A stretch of 37,723 nucleotides of DNA from Chiloscyllium plagiosum (taxonomy: Eukaryota). Positions 11,855 through 23,700 of the stretch are shown piece by piece (the stretch's first letter is position 1; each line of letters opens with the position of its first letter). A model generated the notes under the pieces. It ran no database searches. It saw only the letters and a list, made by a program, of their open reading frames with translations, and was not told where the DNA came from. The DNA is taken from positions 40,037 to 77,759 of the forward strand of contig NW_025215255.1 of assembly GCF_004010195.1 (NCBI RefSeq), given 5' to 3'. A program made the translations under genes and the position numbers.

Positions 11855-13580
11855 AGAACCAGAGAGTCATGCAGAACGAAAGCAGACCCGTTAGTCCAAT
11901 CTGTTCACTCCGATCAGATATCAAATTTGATCCAGTTCCATTTGCCAGCATTTGGTAAATATACCTCCTCTTTCAGATACTTTTTAAATGTGCGATTGTA
12001 ACCGCCTTCACCACTTCCTCTGACAGCACTTTCTGTACACATACCACTCTCTGTGTGAAACATTTATCTTCAGGTCCCTTCTGAATCAATCCCCCTCGCC
12101 TCCAACCTATGCTGTCTTGTTCTGGACTCCCCTATCCTGAGGAGCAGAACGTAGCTGTTCAGAATGTCCATGCCCCTGATGGTTTTATAAATCTCTATAA
12201 TGTCACCCTTCAGCCTCTGACACTCCAGGGAGAAATACCTCAACCTAATCAACCTCTCCCTAAAACTCAAACTTCCAGACCTGGAATATCCGTGTAAGTC
12301 GTTTCTGCAGAAAACCGAGTTGTACGCAGTATTCTTAAAGTGGCCTCACCAACATCCTGTACAGATACAACATGCGACCACAACCCCTATACTCAATGCT
12401 CTGACTGATTAAGGCAAATGTGCCAAATGTGTTCTGCACCACTCTGCCTACCTGCGACTCCACTTTCAAGGAACAATGCACCTGCAGCCCTATGTCCCTT
12501 TGTTTCACAACATGCCCCAGGACCTGACCATGAAGTATATAATGTCTGCCCTGATTTGCCTTCCCAAAATGCAAAGTTTCATATTTATCTAAATTAAACT
12601 TTATCTGTCACTCCTTGCCTCTTTGTCCCATCTAATTGTGGTCTCGTTGTACTCTGCGATAATCTACTACACCACCTTTCTGATGTCATCTGTATACATA
12701 CTAACTATGGCCCCAATATTCACATCTAAATCCTTCACATAAATGATAAAATGCAGTGAACTCAGTACTGATTCTTGCAGCACACTGCTGCTCATAAACC
12801 TCCAGTCTGAAAAATACCCCTCTTCCTTCAAGCCATTTGTGAGTAGCTTCTTCTGTATCCCATGTGACTGAAACTTACTAATCTGTCTACCAATCAGAAT
12901 GAAATACAAGCTATGAACACAGGCTGAGTAGGTTAGGTTTATTTTCACTAGAAAAAAAGGAGATTGAGGGGGGACCTGAATATGGTTTGCAAAATCATGA
13001 AGGGTATAGACAGGGTGGATAGAGAGGGGCTTTTTTCACAGGTTGAAAGATTCAATAACGAGAGGTCGTGCTTTCAAAGTGAGAGGTGGAAAGTTTCAGG
13101 GGGATACACGCGGTAAGTACTTCAAAGAGGGTGGTGGGCATTTGGAACGCGTTGCTAGCAGAGGTGGTAGAGGCAGGCACGGTCGATTCATTTAAGATGC
13201 TTCTGGACAGATGCATGAGTCGGTGGAGAGCAGAGGAAGACAGATGCTTAGGAATTGAAAGACAGATTTAGACAGTATTTGGATCGGTTCAGGCTTGGAG
13301 GGTGAAGGGCCTGTTCCTGGGCTGTGAATTTTCTTTGCTCTTTGTTCTTTAAAAGAACACCTTGCTGAAGTCCATATAGACAAAGTCTTCATCAATCTTC
13401 TTTGTCACCTCTTCAAAAAACTCAAGCAAATTAATGAGACGTGATTTCCCATGCAGAAAGACACGTTGTCTACCACGATCAGCCCTTGCCTTCCCAAATG
13501 TATGTAAATGCTATCCCTCAGGATCTCCTCCAACAACTTACCCACACTGACATCAGGCTCACCGGTCTATAGTTACCCGG
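11855..13580 (-). mobile_element. CR1-like LINE fragment with a nested opposite-strand CR1 insertion
   Basis: Peptides MHFGKANQGR..LYRMLVRPL and FSDWRFMSSSVLQES..YTDD. The element resumes after 13350 with EFFEEVTKKIDEDFVYMDFSKVF. Confidence 0.88.
12903..13350 (+). mobile_element. Nested CR1 3' fragment
   Basis: Peptide RVVGIWNALLAEVVEAGTVDSFKMLLDR; tail gaagggcctgttcc followed by (CTTTG)-like repeats. Confidence 0.88.
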
Positions 13581-14095
13581 CTTTTTGGATCACTGCTTGC
13601 TTTTCTAGTCCCACTCCTCCACTGCTCACAACAAATGTTAAATGTGACCAGGTTGGTGATATGGCCGATCATATTGGTCTCAGACTGGGTCAGGGTAAGT
13701 TTTAGGAACAGGTCAGGGTAGTTTCTTTAATCTGCTAAAACAACACGTTTATGATCCAGAGCAATGTTACTCAAACTATGATGGAAAGATGAATGGCAAA
13801 CTGTTTGGGTATTGCAATTATATAATCAATATTTCCCTTTCTAAAAATGCTGACACACACACACACACAAAACCTCTGCAATTTTACTTGAAAGAACTTG
13901 GTCCAAATATTATTGGAACTCATGACAAAGGAAAAAATGCGAGATTGTCCAAAACGTTGTTCTGCTTCTGAAATATTGTACTCACACAGCTGCTAGCAAT
14001 GGGATTTCATCCTGGGAGAGTTTGGATTTGGCTGAATTCCCTTTGCTTTAGGCAGTGAGTAGATTCCAGTGAATTCTAGTTAGGGATCACCCAAA

Positions 14096-14403
14096 GGGTA
14101 GCACGGTGGTTAGCACTGCTGCCTCACAGCACCAGGGACTTAGGGTCGATTCCAGTCTTGGGTGACTATCTGTGTGGAGTTTGCACATTTTCCCCTTGTC
14201 TGTGTGAGCTTCTAATGGGTGATCCAGTTTCCTACCACAAACTGTGTCGGTTCGGTGGATTGGTCATGCTAACTTGTCTGTAGTATTCAAGGATTTCTAG
14301 GTTATGTGCAATAGTCAGGGGTAAATATAGGGAAATGGGTTGGGAAGGTTGGTATGGACTTGTTGGGTCGAAGGGCCTGTTTCCACGCTGCAGGGATTCC
14401 ATA
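14096..14403 (+). mobile_element. V-SINE (HE1-like), diverged copy
   Basis: Aligns with 33161-33484: gtggttagcactgctgcctcacagc, tgtgtggagtttgcac and the tail gaagggcctgtttccac. Confidence 0.9.
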
Positions 14404-14499
14404 AAAATAAGAAGGGTAACGATGACTGTAGAGTTTTTTTTTTAAGCTCGCACACATTGCTGTGATGAGAACAATGAAGGAGAGAGAGTGCAATAGGCC

Positions 14500-14723
14500 A
14501 TTCCTTCTCAGGCAGATTACATTTTCTCCCTCTCTGAGTGAATCACACAGTAATGTCATCTTCTCCCAAACTGGACCATGTGAGGTCTCCTTGTACATTG
14601 TCCAAACTATGTCTCCATCACATTCCCTGTTCCATGTAGGTGCATCATTGCTGATGTCATACACAGAGCCATACCCTTCACAGAAAATTATCTCGGTCAA
14701 TTTGAAGATATGTTTATATGTCC
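14500..14723 (-). pseudogene. Exon-like segment of unknown family, paralogous to 1-158
   Basis: A T-rich tract and ACGCAG acceptor precede TYKHIFKLTEIIFCEGYGSVYDISNDA. HMVQF, shared with the copy at 1-158, lies in a different frame, implying a frameshift in one copy. Confidence 0.35.
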
Positions 14724-14979
14724 CTGCGTCATTAAAAAATAAAAATGTTCAATTTATTCAGAATGCCTGTGTTAAACTGAATGCATTTTTTAAAGAAATA
14801 CAGAAATTGCTGGAAAAGCTCGCCAGGTCTCTCAGTACCCAGATGCTGTATATGAACCAGCCTCCACCACTTCCTATGGCAGCTCATTCCATACACACAC
14901 CACCCTCTGTGTGAAATGGTGCCCTTTAGACCTCCTCAAAACCTTGCCCCTCTCACTTTCCACCAATGCCCTCTAGTTG

Positions 14980-15372
14980 TGGACGCCCCTAACCTAGGGG
15001 AAAAAACCCTGACTACTCACCCTATCCATGGCATTTTGATTTTATAAACCTTTCCTGCTGCAAACTGTGACCCCAATCAACACGAATGGCTGGACTTTCA
15101 GTCATCCTGGGCCTAAATTCTGAAATGCAATATTGACACCTCTTCCTTCTCCAACAAGTCACAATTCTAAATCCATGGACGCCCCTAACCTAGGGAAAAA
15201 AACCCTGACTACTCACCCTATCCATGGCCATTTTGATTTTATAAACCTTTCCTGCTGCAAAATGTGACCCCAATCAACACGAATGGCTGGACTTTCAGTC
15301 ATCCTGTGCCTAAATTCTGAAATGCAATATTGACACCTCTTCCTTCTCCAACAAGTCACAATTCTAAATCCA
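14980..15372 (+). repeat. Head-to-tail duplication of ~196 bp
   Basis: tggacgcccctaacctaggg...caagtcacaattctaaatcca occurs at 14980-15175 and 15176-15372. Confidence 0.97.
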
Positions 15373-15399
15373 TTTTAATCAGTTTGTTCAGATGTTTCC

Positions 15400-15672
15400 T
15401 GAGACACTTCTGTGGGCTTTACGCCTGGACTTTGTGCCCGGAGGTAGGGATACTAGCATCACTCAGCAAGACCCATAAAGCTGTATCAGTATTCTCCTGT
15501 GTGTTTGTTCATCAGACTGTCCCGACATGCTGGGATATACCTCTGCAACAGGCAGGACTTGAATCCAGGCCTTCTAGTCCAGAGCTAGGTACACTATAGC
15601 ACAAGTTCAGGAATTGGAATCAAATCCAGAGTTCTGGCTCAGAGACAGGGACACTACCCACCACACTACCAT
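15400..15672 (-). mobile_element. Repeated decayed tRNA-like SINE heads
   Basis: The minus strand carries two to three copies of a tagtgt(c/a)cct..tctg..ccagaa..ctggatt..a.tcc (A/B-box-like) motif. Confidence 0.45.
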
Positions 15673-16109
15673 ACCCAGATTTTGGGTCATATTTTAGTGC
15701 CCACTTTCAGCTTGGTGTGGATTTATTATAATCAGGTTACCATTACTGAATTGCAAACAACACTTTGTATTATTAAACAAATGCAAGATATTTGTCTCAA
15801 CTGTAGGATATTGAGTGTACGTGCTGTGCNNNNNNNNNNNNNNNNNNNNNNNNNNNNNNNNNNNNNNNNNNNNNNNNNNNNNNNNNNNNNNNNNNNNNNN
15901 NNNNNNNNNNNNNNNNNNNNNNNNNNNNNNNNNNNNNNNNNNNNNNNNNNNNNNNNNNNNNNNNNNNNNNNNNNNNNNNNNNNNNNNNNNNNNNNNNNNN
16001 NNNNNNNNNNNNNNNNNNNNNNNNNNNNNNNNNNNNNNNNNNNNNNNNNNNNNNNNNNNNNNNNNNNNNNNNNNNNNNNNNNNNNNNNNNNNNNNNNNNN
16101 NNNNNNNNN

Positions 16110-16350
16110 AGTGTTGTATCCATGCAGTGTTACTAATGTGGGGGGGGGGGGTGGTAAAGTGAAGAGAGAGAGAGAGAGAAGATGCCGCATGCAGCAGTGA
16201 GAATGGTGGAGCATGAGCCTTGGTTGGGTGTCAGTGCTATAACAGATATACAGTGAGTGTGAGGGAGCAGAGAGAATACGGTGACCCTTATCCTGACAGA
16301 GCGGGGAAGGTTATTGATGCTTGTCCTGTTTTGCTGGACATTTCTTCAGA
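16110..16350. repeat. Non-transposon segment paralogous to 2444-2708
   Basis: The same shared blocks as listed for 2444-2708; contains an expanded G-run and (GA)n. Confidence 0.9.
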
Positions 16351-17270
16351 CCGCAGATACTGCACTGAGCTGGGTGGTGAGCTCAGACCATGCTCGGTGG
16401 GTCTGATGGTGTCGCCCCTCAGGGAAGAGAATGGTCCCCCTCTGTACTAGCCCATTCACCAGGCCCTCCGTGCCACTGTCGACAAACCGTGGTGTAATTA
16501 CCCCTGATCTGCCATACTCGGGGTAAACTGTGCAGGGCAGCTCCTATCAGAGAAAGCTCAACCGTGTGCCCATTGGACTTTTAAAGATGGCGCCAGTGTC
16601 ATGGATCATGGAATACCCAGGGGTATCCGGGCGATGGTGAGTACCTCCAGTCATGATGGGTGGGAGAATCGGGCTGGTATTGAATGTGTGTTACACCTTG
16701 GGGTAGGGTGGGTAGTTAATGAGGTGAGTTCAATAAGATAGCACCAGGAAACGAGCTCGGCCTTGTGTAGATGATCCCTCTCTCACAGTCAATGGAAATG
16801 GCACTGAGACAAATTATTGTTCGATTTAGCTCAATGGGTCAAAGACTCTGCTGACCCTACACCCAGATACAAAGCTGCAGAACAAATACTCATCCAAAAC
16901 TGTGCATCATCTGACCACACACCAATATCATGTTCACCTACCATTCCTGGAAACACTGGCTTAAGTTACAGGATGCTGTTGAAATGTTTTCATTCCTGCA
17001 TTCTGAAACCTGGGAACACATCCTTTCATAACACTGTCTCTCAGTCTCTCCCTCTCTGTCTATTTCCCATAACCCTCCCATTTGTTATTGTTTAAACTGA
17101 TTTCCCCGCTATCTCTCTCTGGCAGTGATGTTCACACCCACAGCACCCCCTTGTAAGTGCACAAGGGAGATATGGAGCTGTAAATGGGTGTGAGCTGCAC
17201 ATCCTGTCACTTCCAGCATGGACTGCAAGGTTCCCCTCACTGGGCAGTGATCTAACACAGTGTTACTGAG

Positions 17271-17790
17271 CAATGCACTGGGGAGGGGTACACAGTCCGA
17301 TATGCTGGGAGGGTAACTGCTCCTAGGTTACAGATCAATGCACTGGGGTGATGTACACAGTCCTACATGCTGGCAGGGTAACTGCTCCTGGGTTACAGAT
17401 CAATGCACTGGGCTGGTGTACACAGCTCTACATGCTGGGAGAGTAGCTGCTCCTGGGTTACAGATCAATGCACTTGGGTGGTATGCACAGCTCTACATGC
17501 TGGGAGGGTAACTGCCCCTGGGTTACAGATCAATGCACTGGGGTGGTGTACACAGTCCTACAAACTGGGAGAGTAACTGTTCCTGGGTAACAGATAAATG
17601 CACTGGAGTGGTGTACAGAGTCCTACATGCTGGGAGGGTAACTGCTCCTGGTTACAGATCAATGCACTGGGGTGGTGTACACAGTTCTACATGCTGGGAG
17701 AGTAACTGCTCCTGGGTTGCAGATCAATGCACTGGGGAGGTGTACACAGCCCTAGCTGCTTGGAGTGTAACTGCTCCTGTTTTACAGATT
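17271..17790. repeat. 65-bp tandem array, type A monomers (~8 copies)
   Basis: Consensus acagatcaatgcactggggtggtgtacacagtcctacatgctgggagggtaactgctcctgggtt; the AGAT anchor recurs at 17332, 17397, 17462, 17527, 17592, 17656 and 17721. Confidence 0.97.
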
Positions 17791-20700
17791 AATTCACGGG
17801 AGATCACTGCACAGGTCGCTGTGCTGGTCAGACTATGTGGTTGACTTTTATAGATAATGCCCTGTTGTGGTCTGCACAGCTCCCCGTGCTGGACAGATAT
17901 CAAATCCGGTTTGTAGATCAATGCACTGCTGTGGTCTGCACAGCTCCCCGTGCTGGACAGATATCTCGTCCGGGTTAATAGATCAATTCACTGCTGCGGT
18001 CTGCACTTCTCCCCGTGATGGACAGATATCTAGTCCGGGGTTATAGATCAATGCACTGCTGTGGTCGGCACGACTCCCCGTGCTGGACAGTTATACAATC
18101 CGGGGTTATAGATCAATGCACTGCTGTGGTCTGCACAGCTCTCGGTGCTGGACAGATATCTAGTCCGGGGTAATAGATCAATGCACTGCTGTGGTCGGCA
18201 CGGCTCCCCGTGCTGGACAGTTATACAATCCTGGGTTATAGATCAATGCACTGCTGTGGTCTGCACGGCTCCCCGTACTGGACAGGTATCTAGTCCGGGG
18301 TTATTGATCAATGCACTGCTGTGTTCTGAACAGCACTTGGTGCTGCACAGATATATAATCCGGGGTCTATAGATCAATGCACTGCTGTGGTCTGCACAGC
18401 TCCCCGTGCTGGACAGATATCTTGTCCGGGGTTGGAAGATCAATGCACTGCTGTTGTCTGCACAGCTCCCCGGGCTGGACATATATCTAGTCCGGGGTTT
18501 GTAGATCAATGCACTGCTGTATTCTGCACAGCACTCGGTGCTGGAGAGATATCTAGTCCGGGTTTGTAGATCAATGCACTGCTGTGGTCTGCACAGCTCC
18601 CCGTGCTGGACAGATATCTCGTCCGGGTTTATAGATCAATTCACTGCTGTGGTCTGCACTTCTCCCCGTGATGGACAGATATCTAGTCCGGCTTTACAGA
18701 TCAATGCACTGCTATGGTGTACACAGTCCTATATGTTTGGAAGGTATCTGCTCCTGGTTTGCAGATTAATTTACGGGAGATCACTGCACAGGTCGCTGTG
18801 CTGATCAGACTATGTGGTTGAGGTTTATAGGTAATGTTCTGTTGTGGTCTGCACAGTTCCCCCTGCTGGACAGATATCTAATCCGGGTTTATAGATCAAT
18901 GCACTGCTGTGGTCTGCACGGCTCTTCGTGCTGGACAGATATCTAATCCCGAATTATAGATCAATGCACTGCTGTGAGCTGCACAGCCCGCTGTGCTGGA
19001 CAGATATCTAATCCGGGGTTATAGATCAATGCACTGCTGTGGTCTGCACAGCTCTCGGTGCCGGACAGATATCTAGTCCGGGTTTGTAGATTAATGCACT
19101 GCTGTGGTCTGCACAGCTCCCCGTGCTGGACAGATATCAAATCCGGGATTGTAGATCAATGCACTGCTGTGGTCTGCACAGCTCCCCGTGCTGAACAGAT
19201 ATATCGTCCGGGTTAATAGATCAATTCACTGCTGCGGTCTGCACTTCTCCCCGTGATGGACAGATATCTAGTCCGGGTTTATAGATCAATNNNNNNNNNN
19301 NNNNNNNNNNNNNNNNNNNNNNNNNNNNNNNNNNNCTCTCGGTGCTGGACAGATATCTAATCTGGGGTCTGTCGATCAATGCACTGCTGTGGTCTGCAAA
19401 GCTCCCCGTTCTGGACAGATATCTAATCCGGGGTTTATCCCCGTTCTGGACAGATATCTAATCCGGGGTTTATAGATCAATGCACTGCTGCGGTCTGCGC
19501 AGCACTTGGTGCTGGACAGATATCTAATCCGGGGTCTGTAGATCAATGCAATGCTGTGGTCTGCACAGCTCCCCGTGCTGGACAGATATCTAGTCCGGGG
19601 TTTGTAGATCAATGCACTGCTGTTGTCTGCACAGCTCCCCGTTCTGGACAGATATCTAGTCCGGGGTTATAGATCAATGCACTGCTGTGGTCTGCCCAGC
19701 TCCCCGTCCTGGACAGATATCGAGACCGGGGTTTGTAGATCAATGCACTGCTGTAATCTGCACAGCACTCGGTGCTGGAGAGGTATCTAGTCCGGGTTTG
19801 TAGATCAATGCACTGCTGTGGTCTGCACAGCTCCCCGTGCTGGACAGATATCTCGTCCGGATTTATAGATCAATTCACTGCTGTGGTCTGCACTTCTCCC
19901 CGTGATGGACAGAAATCAAGTCCGGCTTTACAGATCAATGCACTGCTGTGGTGTACACAGTCCTACATGTTTGGAGGGTAACAGCTCCTGATTTGCAGAT
20001 TAATTCACGGGAGATCACTGCACAGGTCGCTGTGCTGATCTGACTATGTGGTTGAGGTTTATAGATAATGTTCTGTTGTGGTCTGCACAGTTCCCCGTGC
20101 TGGACAGATATCTAATCCGGGTTTATAGATCAATGCACTGCTGTGGTCTGCACGGCTCCCCGTGCTGGACAGATATGTAATCCCGGATTATAGATCAATG
20201 CACTGCTGTGAGCTACACAGCCCGCTTCGCTGGACAGATATCTAATCCGGGGTTATAGATCAATGCACTGCTGCGATCTGCACAGCTCTCGGTGCCGGAC
20301 AGATATCTAGTCCGGGTTTGTAGATTAATGCACTGCTGTGGTCTGCACAGCTCCCCGTGCTGGACAGATATCAAATCCGGGGTTGTAGATCAATGCACTG
20401 CTGTGGTCTGCACAGCTCCCCGTGCTGGACAGATATCTAGTCCGGGGTTATAGATCAATGCACTGCTGTGGTCTGCACAGCTCCCCGTGCTGGACAGGTA
20501 TCTAGTCCGGGGTTATAGATCAATGCACTGCTGTGGTCTGCCCAGCTCCCCGTCCTGGACAGATATCTAGACCGGGGTTTGTAGATCAATGCAATGCTGT
20601 AATCTGCACAGCACTCGGTGCTGGAGAGATATCTCGTCCGGGTTTGTAGATCAATGCACTGCTGTGGTCTGCACAGCTCCCCGTGCTGGACAGATATCTC

Positions 20701-23700
20701 GTCCGGGTTTATAGATCAATTCAATGCTGTGGTCTGCACTTCTCCCCGTGATGGACAGATATCTAGTCCGGCTTTACAGATCAATGCACAGCTATGGTGT
20801 ACACAGTCCTACATGTTTGGAGGGTAACTGCTCCTGGTTTGCAGAATAATTCACGGCAGATCACTGCACAGGTCGCTGTGCTGATCAGACGATGTGGTTG
20901 AGGTTTATAGATAATGTTGTGTTGTGGTCTGCACAGTTCCCCCTGCTGGACAGATATCTAATCCGGGTTCATAGATCAATGCACTGCTGTGGTCTGCACT
21001 GCCCGCTGTGCTGGATAGATATCTAATCCGGGGTTATAGATCAATGCACTGCTGTGGTCTGCACAGCTCTCGGTGCCCGACAGATATCTAGTCCGGGTTT
21101 GTAGATTAATGCAGTGCTGTGGTCTGCACAGCTGCCCGTGCTGGACAGATATCAAATCCGGGTTTGTAGATCAATGCATTGCTGTAGTCTGCACAGCTCT
21201 TGGTGCTGGAGAGATATCTCGTCCGGGTTGTAGATCAATGCACTGCTGTGATCTGCTCAGCTCTCGGTGCCGGACAGATATCTAGTCCGGGTTTGTAGAT
21301 TAATGCACTGCTGTGGTCTGCACAGCTCCCCGTGCTGGACAGATATCAAATCCGGGTTTGTAGATCAATGCACTGCTGTGGTCTGCACAGCTCCCCGTGC
21401 TGAACAGATATCTCGTCCGGGTTTATAGATCAATTCACTGCTGTGGTCTTCACATCTCCCCGTGATGGACAGATATCTAGTCCGGGTTTATAGATCAATG
21501 CACTGCTGAGGTCGGCACGGCTCCCCGTGCTGGACAGTTATACAATCCTGGGTTATAGATCAATGCACTGCTGTGGTCTGCACAGCTCTCGGTGCTGGAC
21601 AGATATCTAATCTGGGGTCTGTCGATCAATGCACTGCTGTGGTCTGCAAATCTCCCCGTTCTGGACAGATATCTAATCCGGGGTTTATAGATCAATGCAA
21701 TGCTGTGGTCTGCACGGCTCCCCGTACTGGACAGGTATCTAGTCCGGGGTTATAGATCAATGCACTGCTGCGGTCTGCACAGCACTTGGTGCTGGACAGA
21801 TATCTAATCCGGGGTCTGTAGATCAATGCAATGCTGTGGTCTGCACAGCTCCCCGTGCTGGACAGATATCTAGTCCGGGGTTTGTAGATCAATGCACTGC
21901 TGTTGTCTGCACAGCTCCCCGTTCTCGACAGCTATCTAGTCCGGTGTTATCGATCAATGCACTGCTGTGGTCTGCCCAGCTCCCCGTCCTGGACAGATAT
22001 CTAGACCGGGGTTTGTAGATCAATGCACTGCTGTTATCTGCACAGTACTCGGTGCTGGAGAGATATCTAGTCCGGGTTTGTAGATCAATGCACTGCTGTG
22101 GTCTGCAAAGCTCCCCGTGCTGGACAGATATCTCGTCCGGGTTTATAGATCAATTCACTGCTGTGGTCAGCACTTCTCCCCGTGATGGACAGATATCTAG
22201 TCCGGCTTTACAGATCAATGCACTGCTGTGGTGTACACAGTCCTACATGTTTGGAGGGTAACTGCTCCTGGTTTGCAGATTAATTCACGGGAGATCACTG
22301 CACAGGTCGCTGTGCTGATCAGACTATGTGGTTGAGGTTTATAGATAATGTTCTGTTGTGGTCTGCACAGTTCCCCGTGCTGGACAGATATCTAATCCGG
22401 GTTTATGGATCAATGCACTGCTGTGGTCTGCACGGATCCCCGTGCTCGACAGATATCTAATCCCGGATTATAAATCAATGCACTGCTGTGAGCTGCACAG
22501 CCCGCTGTGCTGGACAGATATCTAATCTGGGGTTATAGATCAATGCACTGCTGTGATCTGCACAGCTCTCGGTGCCGGACAGATATCTAGTCCGGGTTTG
22601 TAGATTAATGCACTGCTGTGGTCTGCACAGATGCCCGTGCTGGACAGATATCAAATCCCGGGTTGTAGATCAATGCACTGCTGTGGTCTGCACAGCTCCC
22701 CGTGCTGGACAGATATCTAGTCCGGAATTATAGATCAATGCACTGCTGTGGTCGGCACGGCTCCCCGTGCTGGACAGTTATACAATCCGGGGTTATAGAT
22801 CAATGCACTGCTGTGGTCTGCACAGCTCTCGGTGCTGGACAGATATCTCATCTGGGGTCTGTCTATCAGTGCACTGCTGTGGTCTGCATAGCTCCCCGTT
22901 CTGGACAGATATCTAATCCGGGGTTAATAGATCAATGCACTGCTGTGGTCTGCACGGCTCCCCGTACTGGACAGGTATCTAGTCCGGTGTTATAGATCAA
23001 TGCACTGCTGTGTTCTGCACAGCACTTGGTGCTGCACAGATATCTAATCCGTGGTCTGTAGATCAATGCACTGCTGTGGTCTGCACAGTCCCCGTGCTGG
23101 ACAGATATCTAGTCCGGGGTTATAGATCAATGCACTGCTGTGGTCTGCCCAGCTCCCTGTCCTGGACAGATATCTAGACCGGGGTTTGTAGATCAATGCA
23201 CTGCTGTAATCTGCACAGCATTCGGTGCTGGAGAGATATCTAGTCCGGGTTTGTAGATCAATGCACTGCTGTGGTCTGCACAGCTCCCCGTGCTGGACAG
23301 ATGTCTAGTCCGGCTTTACAGATCAATGCACTGCGATAGTGTACACAGTCCTACATGTTTGGAGGGTAACTGCTCCTGGTTTGCAGATGAAATCACGGGA
23401 GATCACTGCACAGGTCGCTGTGCTGATCAGACTATGTGGTTGAGGTAATTAGATAATGTTCTGTTGTGGTCTGCACAGTTCCCCCTGCTGGACAGATATC
23501 TAATCCGGGGTTATAGATCAATGCACTGCTGTGGTCTGCACGGCTCCCCGTGCTGGACAGATATCTAACCCCGGATAATAGATCAATGCACTGCTGTGAG
23601 CTGCACAGCCCGCTGTGCTGGACAGATATCTAATCCGGGGTTATAGATCAATGCACTGCTGTGGTCTGCACAGCTCTCGGTGCCGGACAGATATCTAGTC

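Noticed and set aside
17271..17790. Type A CACTGGG-GTGGTGTA-CACAGTC as a D segment
   Set aside because: The left heptamer reads CCCAGTG on the minus strand (no CAC), and neither side has a nonamer.
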